Origin: Candidatus Heimdallarchaeota archaeon
GTDB taxonomy: Archaea > Asgardarchaeota > Heimdallarchaeia > Heimdallarchaeales > Heimdallarchaeaceae
NCBI GenBank assembly: GCA_019057375.1
Contig: DXJF01000081.1
Span: forward strand, 1 to 13,271
Length of the DNA stretch: 13,271 nt
Reading direction: 5' to 3'
Shown: piece by piece, positions 1-6,290 of the stretch
How positions within the stretch are numbered: the stretch's first letter is position 1
Layout of the letters: each line of letters begins with the position of its first letter
The notes under the pieces: model-generated
Databases searched by the model: none
What the model was told of the DNA's origin: nothing
What the model saw: the letters and a program-made list of their open reading frames with translations, nothing else
Program-made: the position numbers and the translations under genes

Positions 1-627
1 AGCTATCTAAAGAAAACTTTTGGTTTTACTCGAAAAGAGCTGAAACAGTATCCCAGAGCTGTGTCCATAGGAGTTCAGCTTTCTGATGAAATAATTGATA
101 GTATATCAGAAGGTCCAACAAAGGAGTATGCTCAGCATTACAGAGATAAAAATTCTGAGCTTGATTATTTGGCAGATTTTCTAGCAGAAAGAATTAGAGA
201 AAAGGGTTTTGTTGCCCTACCAATTCCTGCTTCTAAGAAATATGACCAAAAGAAACTTGCGGCGATATTTCCTCATAAAACAGCTGCTATTCTGAGTGGT
301 TTAGGCTGGATTGGCAGAAGTGCTCTACTGGTTTCCCATGAGTATGGCTCGAGGGTTAGATTCGCTACAGTTCTTACAAATGCACCTCTTGACGTAGATG
401 AACCTCAAACAACAAGTGAATGTAACAGTTGTACAGCCTGTGTTCAGGCATGTCCTGTAGGAGCTATAACCGGAAAAATGTGGTCCATTGGAATGAAGCG
501 AAAGGAGTTACTCGACGCTAATAAGTGCAAAGAATATCTAGACATACAAGAGAAGAGTGTCGGAGAAACTATTTGTGGAATATGCGTTAGTGTATGTCCA
601 ATTGGGAAAAATGAAATCATTAAATGA
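1..627 (+). CDS. Epoxyqueuosine reductase (QueG)/reductive dehalogenase-like 2x[4Fe-4S] protein, 5'-truncated by the window edge
   Basis: Frame 1 is open from base 1 (SYLKKTFGFTRKELKQYPRAVSIG...), so the GTG at 61 is probably internal. Contains HKTAAILSGLGWIGRSALLVSHEYGSRVRFATVLTNAPL (typical of the QueG/RdhA core), CNSCTACVQACP, and a second cluster C-x~14-CGICVSVCP. Confidence 0.8.
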   Translation, partial: SYLKKTFGFTRKELKQYPRAVSIGVQLSDEIIDSISEGPTKEYAQHYRDKNSELDYLADFLAERIREKGFVALPIPASKKYDQKKLAAIFPHKTAAILSGLGWIGRSALLVSHEYGSRVRFATVLTNAPLDVDEPQTTSECNSCTACVQACPVGAITGKMWSIGMKRKELLDANKCKEYLDIQEKSVGETICGICVSVCPIGKNEIIK

Positions 628-670
628 TTAACTATAAAGCTATTAGTGAAAGAGTTTCACTCATTGGATT

Positions 671-684
671 AACATATATATAAA
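671..684 (+). promoter_or_regulatory. Archaeal TATA box for the 709 gene (probably a leaderless transcript)
   Basis: AACATATATATAAA lies about 25 nt upstream of ATG 709. The same ACATATATATA string precedes ATG 2730. Confidence 0.55.
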
Positions 685-708
685 TATGAATCATTGATTT
701 TGTAATTC

Positions 709-1287
709 ATGGATTATTTGATTTTAAATGGAATGCATGAAAACGATTCCTTTCTGCAAGAGATTAACAATCGAATTTCTGGAGATCTTCATAATCAAGA
801 TCTTCAAGGAGAATCTATCTTACTACATGAAAAAACAATCAAACCTTGTTTAGGTTGTTTTAAGTGTTGGGTGCAAACTCCAGGAATTTGTATTATAGAT
901 GATTATGGGAGAGAAGTAGCAAAGAAGATGATTCAAACTGATAATCTACTTTATCTAACTTCTATTCAATTTGGAGGGTATTCTTCAGAACTTAAGAAAG
1001 CCCTTGACAGATCAATTGGTCTGCTTATGCCTTTTTTCAGAGTATTTCATGAAGAAATTCATCATGAAACAAGATATGATAAATATCCAAACATGACAGT
1101 TTTTGGTACTTTAGACCAACCAAATGAACAACAAGAACTAATTTTTACAAAACTTGTTCAAAGAAATTCTCTAAATAATTTTGCTCCAGAATTCACATCT
1201 CAAATAATTTACACATCGGATGATGAACCCACGATTAAGAGTAAAATAGAAAGAGGATTAAGTGTTTTAGGTGATGTCAATGACTGA
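709..1287 (+). CDS. Flavodoxin-fold / iron-sulfur flavoprotein-like protein (Cys motif present, FMN phosphate loop degenerate)
   Basis: IKPCLGCFKCWVQTPGICIIDD (C-x2-C-x2-C-x7-C, Isf-like) and TSIQFGGYSSELKKALDR. The N-terminal loop NGMHENDS lacks the usual GSPR-x2-GNT. Confidence 0.8.
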   Translation: MDYLILNGMHENDSFLQEINNRISGDLHNQDLQGESILLHEKTIKPCLGCFKCWVQTPGICIIDDYGREVAKKMIQTDNLLYLTSIQFGGYSSELKKALDRSIGLLMPFFRVFHEEIHHETRYDKYPNMTVFGTLDQPNEQQELIFTKLVQRNSLNNFAPEFTSQIIYTSDDEPTIKSKIERGLSVLGDVND

Positions 1288-2014
1288 CCAAGCAATTTTT
1301 CTTATGTGCAGTCCTAGAGGAGAAGAGAGTGCTTCATATTCTTTAGGATCATATGTTACAAGTTTACTTGAGGAAAAAGGAATTACTATAAATGAATACC
1401 ACATCTACAAAACTTTGAGAAATCAGACCAAAATAGATGAGATGATTAAGTCAGTTAATGATAGTGACATCATTGTTCTTTCTTCTCCACTATACATAGA
1501 CTCTGCACCAACAAATACAATAAAAATAATGAATATAATAACTCAAGCTGTTCAAGAAGAGAAAATTGGCAAAAAGAAAAGACTTCTTTTAGCTATCTCC
1601 TGTGCAGGATATCTAGAATTTTATCACAACAATATAGCTCTACAAATTTATGAACAATTTGCAAAAACAAACGGATTTATTTGGGCTGGAGGTTTACCAA
1701 TAGGTGCTGCAGGTACTTATGCTATGAACACTATAACTAGTTTTTTAGAACAATTGGCACAATTACCAACAGATGATCCTAGATATGAAATCTATGTAAA
1801 ACCAACAAAAATTATAGATTCAGTTATTAAGATTTCAGTTGAGAAACTTTCACAAGGAGAAATCGTTCCTAAAGATGAATTAAAGAAACTGGCGTTTGTT
1901 GCTATGCCTTTAGAAGCTTATGTTAAAGGTGGTAACCAGAATTGGATTAATTGGGCAGAAGAAATAGGAACCGTGGAGAAACTCAGAGATAAACCTTATG
2001 AAAAGAAGAAATAA
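1280..2014 (+). CDS. NAD(P)H-dependent FMN reductase / flavodoxin-family protein
   Basis: MCSPRGEESAS phosphate loop, IIVLSSPLYIDSAP and LLAISCAGY motifs. Start moved from 1271 to ATG 1280 because an AGGTGA RBS (1269-1274) lies 5 nt before it. Overlaps the stop of the 709 gene, suggesting translational coupling. Confidence 0.8.
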   Translation: MTDQAIFLMCSPRGEESASYSLGSYVTSLLEEKGITINEYHIYKTLRNQTKIDEMIKSVNDSDIIVLSSPLYIDSAPTNTIKIMNIITQAVQEEKIGKKKRLLLAISCAGYLEFYHNNIALQIYEQFAKTNGFIWAGGLPIGAAGTYAMNTITSFLEQLAQLPTDDPRYEIYVKPTKIIDSVIKISVEKLSQGEIVPKDELKKLAFVAMPLEAYVKGGNQNWINWAEEIGTVEKLRDKPYEKKK

Positions 2015-2076
2015 TTCTGCAAAAACCTTAAATATTTTTTAAACACTTTTTCTTGATTCACATGAGGTGGTAAAAA

Positions 2077-2385
2077 ATGGAAGATCAACAAAATTTGAAA
2101 GAAGAAAAAAGATCACAAGAACCTTTTACTTCAATTAAGACACAGAAAGAACCAAGATTTAAATTATACCTAATTATTAGTAGTTGCATCACTGTTGTTT
2201 CAATTATTATTCTATCACTAGCGAGATCTCAGATAATATGAGATTCAATGAATTGTCTAGCTTATGTAGGTTTTGGAGGTTTGTTACTTTTGGTAAGTAT
2301 GATTTCTAATATCACTCTTGGAAGAAGATTATATCTGAAAAGAAGGGTAAGTTTAGGTATTCAAAAGAGCAATCATGATTTTTAA
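2077..2385 (+). pseudogene. Small 2-TM membrane protein gene interrupted by an in-frame TGA (2239-2241); not in the ORF track
   Basis: GAGGTG RBS (2064-2069) precedes ATG 2077. Translation: MEDQQNLKEEKRSQEPFTSIKTQKEPRFKLYLIISSCITVVSIIILSLARSQII*DSMNCLAYVGFGGLLLLVSMISNITLGRRLYLKRRVSLGIQKSNHDF, ending at TAA 2383-2385. Hydrophobic helices lie on both sides of the TGA in the same frame. Confidence 0.6.
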
Positions 2386-2636
2386 TTGCTTCTCGAATCT
2401 ATTACAATTGAAAGGATTGTAGCCACAAAAAAGCTTAGAAACATGAGTAAACTCAATCCTTGCCAGATTTCTAATGCAGCCATAGTGAGAAATCCACAAG
2501 AAAGACTACTATAGATCAAAGGTTTATATTTTTTCAACCATTTTGGTCTTCCTTTATGTTTTTCCAGATCCTTGGTATCAAACCAATTAGTATCCTTCTC
2601 TTCAAAACAGTTAATTTCATTTGTTTTGCTTGCCAT
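2382..2636 (-). CDS. Small 2-TM membrane protein, hypothetical
   Basis: 84 aa with a hydrophilic N-terminus and two hydrophobic segments. GAGGA RBS just upstream on the minus strand and a TTAAAAA TATA-like box at 2667-2661. Divergent from the HTH regulator. Confidence 0.65.
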   Translation of the reverse strand: MASKTNEINCFEEKDTNWFDTKDLEKHKGRPKWLKKYKPLIYSSLSCGFLTMAALEIWQGLSLLMFLSFFVATILSIVIDSRSN

Positions 2637-2666
2637 TTTATCTTCCTCTTGTAGTAAGATTTTTTA

Positions 2667-2684
2667 ATGTCGATACTTCGACAT
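2667..2684. promoter_or_regulatory. Palindromic operator, copy 1 (ATGTCGA-TACT-TCGACAT)
   Basis: Perfect 7-bp arms, matching a second copy 47 bp downstream. Confidence 0.75.
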
Positions 2685-2699
2685 GATTATTATGGATAC

Positions 2700-2712
2700 A
2701 CATATATATAAG
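2700..2712 (+). promoter_or_regulatory. TATA box of the HTH regulator
   Basis: ACATATATATAAG lies about 20-25 nt upstream of ATG 2730, between the two palindromes. Confidence 0.6.
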
Positions 2713-2714
2713 TT

Positions 2715-2730
2715 TGTCGATAAATCGACA
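2715..2730. promoter_or_regulatory. Palindromic operator, copy 2 (TGTCGAT-AA-ATCGACA), overlapping the regulator start codon
   Basis: Perfect 7-bp arms; the last A is the A of ATG 2730. Confidence 0.75.
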
Positions 2731-3419
2731 TGATGAAAGTGGCTTCAGAAGATACAGCTGATTATGAAAAATCCATAAGCATGTTTGAGGCAATAGTAGA
2801 AGATACAAGAAATCAAATTGTGGCTTACTTCTATTACTTCAAAGAATTGAAAGCAAAGGATCTAATAAGGCTCACAAGTAAAGTAAATTCTACAATAATC
2901 CATCATTTACAAATACTGCAAAAAGCTGGAGTTATAGAAGAAACAAGAGTTGTTTGGAAAGAAAGATATTATCAACTTGCTAAAGAATTTCTTAAAGTAT
3001 ACCAAAATCAACTAGCTGTTTTCAATCAATTAAGAAAGAAGGAACCCGAGCGAGCGCTTCATTTCTATAAGAGTATAACAAATTTTGCAGGAAAAAGCGC
3101 TGCTTCTATATTATATAGATACAGCCAGAATTTGGACAATATAACTGAATCTTTCACAGAACATAGCTATAAAGGTACCAAACAACCAGATAATATAATG
3201 CACAGTGTTGCATTTAGAAAAGAAGTATATAAGAAAAAAGTGAGACCACTTATTGATGAAATACTGATTTTAATGGAAAAGGAACAGAGAATATATGGCA
3301 ATGAGGATTTGAGTATTGAAGAAATCATGGAAACTATAAATGTGAAAATCTTCTCTTTACCTACAAAAATGATCTTTCCAAAAGATTTGAAAAAGGAAGA
3401 GATTGGTCCGCAAGTTTAG
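2730..3419 (+). CDS. ArsR-like winged helix-turn-helix transcriptional regulator with an uncharacterised C-terminal domain
   Basis: EDTRNQIVAYF...LKAKDLIRLTSKVNSTIIHHLQILQKAGVIEETRVVWKERYYQL fits the ArsR/wHTH pattern (R-x2-I, helix-turn-helix, HL-x2-L-x2-AG-x-I, wing ending YY-x-L). Confidence 0.75.
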   Translation: MMKVASEDTADYEKSISMFEAIVEDTRNQIVAYFYYFKELKAKDLIRLTSKVNSTIIHHLQILQKAGVIEETRVVWKERYYQLAKEFLKVYQNQLAVFNQLRKKEPERALHFYKSITNFAGKSAASILYRYSQNLDNITESFTEHSYKGTKQPDNIMHSVAFRKEVYKKKVRPLIDEILILMEKEQRIYGNEDLSIEEIMETINVKIFSLPTKMIFPKDLKKEEIGPQV

Positions 3420-3680
3420 GTTGTTGAGCTGACTCAGCATACAATTGATAAACACGTGCATAACATGAAAACCAAAACAATGTATGATTTCTTCATGCTG
3501 TCTCTAAATATTATTGTATACAAGTATACTAGAATAATGAACAGAGAGAAAGTGTGCAATCCATTAATTTTATAAACTAAAATAATCTATGTAGCTTTGT
3601 ATAATGATTGAATATCTAAGAGAGAAACAGTAATCTCAGGTCTAAAAAGATGAACAGTTCTTCTTATTGAGTGAAAATTA

Positions 3681-3690
3681 TTATATAAAA
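3681..3690 (+). promoter_or_regulatory. TATA box (TTATATAAAA) with upstream purine-rich BRE-like GTGAAAA
   Basis: Located about 20-28 nt upstream of ATG 3709. Confidence 0.6.
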
Positions 3691-3708
3691 AAGTAAAAGT
3701 GAAATAAA

Positions 3709-3864
3709 ATGGGTTATAGAAGATACGATGATAGACCTAGAGAAATGCACGATGCAGTTTGTGCTAAGTGTAAGAAAGAAACTCAAGTACCATTCAAACC
3801 AGACGGCGATAGGCCAGTTTACTGCAGAGAATGCTATCAATCACAAAGAAAGCCAAGATATTAG
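3709..3864 (+). CDS. CxxC-x17-CxxC domain small zinc-binding protein (51 aa; not in the ORF track)
   Basis: MGYRRYDDRPREMHDAVCAKCKKETQVPFKPDGDRPVYCRECYQSQRKPRY*. Exact CxxC-x17-CxxC spacing with the family hallmarks PREMH-x-A-x-C and VPFKP-x3-RPVYCR-x-C. Has its own TATA box and terminator. Confidence 0.9.
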   Translation: MGYRRYDDRPREMHDAVCAKCKKETQVPFKPDGDRPVYCRECYQSQRKPRY

Positions 3865-3884
3865 TCATAAATGAAGTAAGATCC

Positions 3885-3935
3885 TTTATCTCTTTTTTGA
3901 GATAAAAAATCTACCTCTTTTTTTTCTTATTTTTT
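3885..3935 (+). terminator. Hairpin plus oligo-T terminator after the CxxC-x17-CxxC gene
   Basis: TTTATCTC-TTTTTT-GAGATAAA (3885-3906), followed by T tracts at 3918-3935. Confidence 0.55.
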
Positions 3936-4077
3936 AAATAAATTAAATTGTTTTCGGGAAGTTAAACTAAGGTTTTTACTGAATTTATTATTTCGCTCCT
4001 ATGTTGTGTGAAATCTATACAATCTCGAGAATATTTATATTCTGTCTACCGAAATTATTTGAACGAGGAGAAATATT

Positions 4078-4785
4078 TTGACTAAAGTCTTGATTGTTAA
4101 TGGTAGCCCAAAAATGGAGAAAAGTAATACTTTTGCGACTATCACACCTTTAATTGTAGGTATGAAAAAAGCAGGTGCTTCAGTAGAATTAATTTACACC
4201 AAGAAACAAAAGATTTTTTCTTGTACAGGTTGTTTTTCTTGTTGGTACGAAACTATTGGTGAATGTGTTATCAAAGATGATATGCAAAATATCTATCCTA
4301 AACTAAGAGAAGCAGAAATACTTGTATTGGCCACACCAGTTCATTCTATTCTACCAGGAGGAATGCAGAATTTCATTAACAGATTAATACCACTTATAGA
4401 ACCTATACTAGAATTTAGGAATGGAAGAACAAGAGCAAAATGTCATGAATATGTAAAAATCACAAAAATTCTTGCTGTTATTGTAGGAGGGTGGTATGAA
4501 ATAGATAATCTCTATCTCCCAGTTAAATTAATTGAGGAGTTATCAAAGAATTATTCAATAAACTTTTCTGGAGCTATTCTTCGTCCTCATGCTTACTTCA
4601 TGAGAAGTGATTCTGAGAAAAGTAAGGAAATTCTTCTGAAGCTAGAAGATGTTGGATTCAAATTTATCGAAGAAGGTTTACTGAATAAGGAAGATTTAGA
4701 TTTTATAAGTCAACCTGTATTTGAAGAAGAAGAATATAGGAGAAGTAAGACCAATATATATCTTGAACGGAAGAATCAAACATGA
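4078..4785 (+). CDS. Flavodoxin-family / iron-sulfur flavoprotein (Isf)-like protein
   Basis: TTG start with a GAGGAG RBS. Contains NGSPKMEKSNT phosphate loop, CTGCFSCWYETIGECVIKDDM Cys motif, and ILVLATPVH. Confidence 0.85.
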   Translation: MTKVLIVNGSPKMEKSNTFATITPLIVGMKKAGASVELIYTKKQKIFSCTGCFSCWYETIGECVIKDDMQNIYPKLREAEILVLATPVHSILPGGMQNFINRLIPLIEPILEFRNGRTRAKCHEYVKITKILAVIVGGWYEIDNLYLPVKLIEELSKNYSINFSGAILRPHAYFMRSDSEKSKEILLKLEDVGFKFIEEGLLNKEDLDFISQPVFEEEEYRRSKTNIYLERKNQT

Positions 4786-4855
4786 TAATTTGACTGCGAC
4801 TGCTATGGGGAAAGAAGAGGAAGAACCTACTTTTGAAGAATTGATAGAAAAACGT

Positions 4856-6154
4856 CTAATTTTCTTTGATTTTCTCCTCATATAGATTTCTTACTATATT
4901 CAATCTTGAAGCATCTCTTCTTGTTAGAAAACTTGTAACCTTTCCATTCAACCATTCTAATGATCCAATAAATCTAACCTTCTCCCATAATTTTAAGATT
5001 CCATACCAGAGCAAGATTAAGAACGCTCCATATGTAAAAGCTAGTATTCCATTCCCAGACCATCCAGGGAACAATTTATCTAAGATCAATACTTTAATTG
5101 TGGTTCCAACCAGCGGTTCAAATACAAAAATTGTTAGCGTCATCAATCCAAATCTTCTGACAAAAGTACTCGTAAATCCTTTTCTAATTTTACTCTTCTT
5201 TTCTTTGTAATGAACATAGTATATTAGCGTCGATATAAGTAACATCACTCCAATTAGAAGAAAATTCCATTGGATAGGTAAGGTTTCAAAAATCTCATCA
5301 GCACTTGGATGACCCATGAAACCAAGTAAAATTGATCCTGTGACGATATAAATCCCACTTCCTATTCCTCCCACTAAAGCTATTTTCTTTTTATCTATAT
5401 TTTGAGAAAACGCTACACCAAACATTGCTCCATAGAGAGCATAGCCTGTATATGGAAAGAATGGATAGGAATCTCCAATAAAAATACTAAGAAAAACTCC
5501 TTTAGCATGTTGCCCTGAAGCAAAAGAATCCAACCAAAGAGGTCTAAGGAGTTCTTTTGCTGGTTGAGTGACTAAAATAATTGTGGTTGCAATTAATCCT
5601 AAAAGAATTATATTTCTCTTTGTTTTCTTATATCCCTCCTTAATTCCTAAGAGTGAGAGAACAGCTCCTGTACAAATTATACTAAAACCAATAAGATGTA
5701 GTGCGGTTGTCATATACACTAAGGTGTAACTTGTAGGATATTGAATTGAACCAGTTTTAATACTTCCTGTTATCAAAGTATAATTAGGAGGACCATCTGG
5801 AAAAGGAAAAAGAGCATTTCCTATAGTTGTATGATTGAACAGTGCAATCTGAATCTTTCCTACAAGAATTATCCATAAACCAGTTGTTAACCCTCCAAAG
5901 AAAATCTGTCTTGGTTTGCTTTTCCCTGAATTCATTCGAGAATACATACTTACAGCATTTGACATTCCTGTAATTATAGCAAATATTCCTATAGCTTTTC
6001 CAAGAAGTAGAGCTAATCCTGCAAATGGATTACTAAGCATTTGATTCATTTGATCTTTACTAGGTAGAGAATCCCAGTAGTAAGAACCATGAAAGAATAA
6101 CATAACCAAGATAGAGAATCCTCTTAGAAAATCTATTGTTTGTATTCTTTTCAT
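4856..6154 (-). CDS. DUF1624 / heparan-alpha-glucosaminide N-acetyltransferase-like multi-pass membrane protein
   Basis: N-terminal RIQTIDFLRGFSILVMLFFH signature, LHLIG, PFFPYTGYALYG and GLMTLTIFV motifs, and roughly 10 or more hydrophobic segments. Confidence 0.75.
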   Translation of the reverse strand: MKRIQTIDFLRGFSILVMLFFHGSYYWDSLPSKDQMNQMLSNPFAGLALLLGKAIGIFAIITGMSNAVSMYSRMNSGKSKPRQIFFGGLTTGLWIILVGKIQIALFNHTTIGNALFPFPDGPPNYTLITGSIKTGSIQYPTSYTLVYMTTALHLIGFSIICTGAVLSLLGIKEGYKKTKRNIILLGLIATTIILVTQPAKELLRPLWLDSFASGQHAKGVFLSIFIGDSYPFFPYTGYALYGAMFGVAFSQNIDKKKIALVGGIGSGIYIVTGSILLGFMGHPSADEIFETLPIQWNFLLIGVMLLISTLIYYVHYKEKKSKIRKGFTSTFVRRFGLMTLTIFVFEPLVGTTIKVLILDKLFPGWSGNGILAFTYGAFLILLWYGILKLWEKVRFIGSLEWLNGKVTSFLTRRDASRLNIVRNLYEEKIKEN

Positions 6155-6266
6155 AGCAACATGTAGATTAATAGTGAAAGATAAATAAAAATCTTCTGTG
6201 AAGATTCAGAGAACATTTTTAAGAGAAACATAAATCCAAAAGATTGTTCTCTTTAAATATATAAAC

Positions 6267-6284
6267 AAAAAAAGAAAAAGAAGA
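6267..6284 (-). terminator. Oligo-T terminator of the S8 protease gene, directly followed by a TATA-like box (6265-6253) for the DUF1624-like gene
   Basis: The minus strand reads TTCTTCTTTTTCTTTTTTTGTTTATATATTTAAA just after the stop at 6291. Confidence 0.5.
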
Positions 6285-6290
6285 ATTGAA

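Noticed and set aside
1-627. Assigning the symbol queG or rdhA
   Set aside because: The gene is truncated and the visible motifs do not distinguish QueG, RdhA and uncharacterised relatives.
2239-2241. Alternative genetic code (TGA = Trp or Gly) for the whole window
   Set aside because: Several clear genes end at TGA, followed by RBS/overlap or intergenic signals, and Trp is encoded by TGG throughout.
2667-2734. The twin palindromes as a mini CRISPR array or transposon ends
   Set aside because: Only two 20-bp copies, no cas or transposase gene, and their position around a TATA box and start codon fits operators.
3433-3586. Hydrophobic minus-strand reading frame (IILVYKINGLHTFSLFIILVYLYTIIFRDSMKKSYIVLVFMLCTCLSIVC)
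   Set aside because: Bounded by stops with no upstream start or RBS. AT-rich DNA readily yields such I/L/F/Y-rich frames. At most a decayed gene.
4696-4881. 61-aa minus-strand ORF in the track
   Set aside because: Antisense shadow overlapping the ends of two well-supported genes, with no motif.
4805-4885. 26-aa plus-strand peptide MGKEEEEPTFEELIEKRLIFFDFLLI that reads protein-like
   Set aside because: No RBS or promoter and it overlaps the convergent gene. The purine-rich stretch is adequately explained as a pyrimidine-rich terminator on the minus strand. A gene remnant cannot be excluded.
4866-5210. 114-aa plus-strand ORF in the track
   Set aside because: Lies entirely antisense within the DUF1624-like gene.
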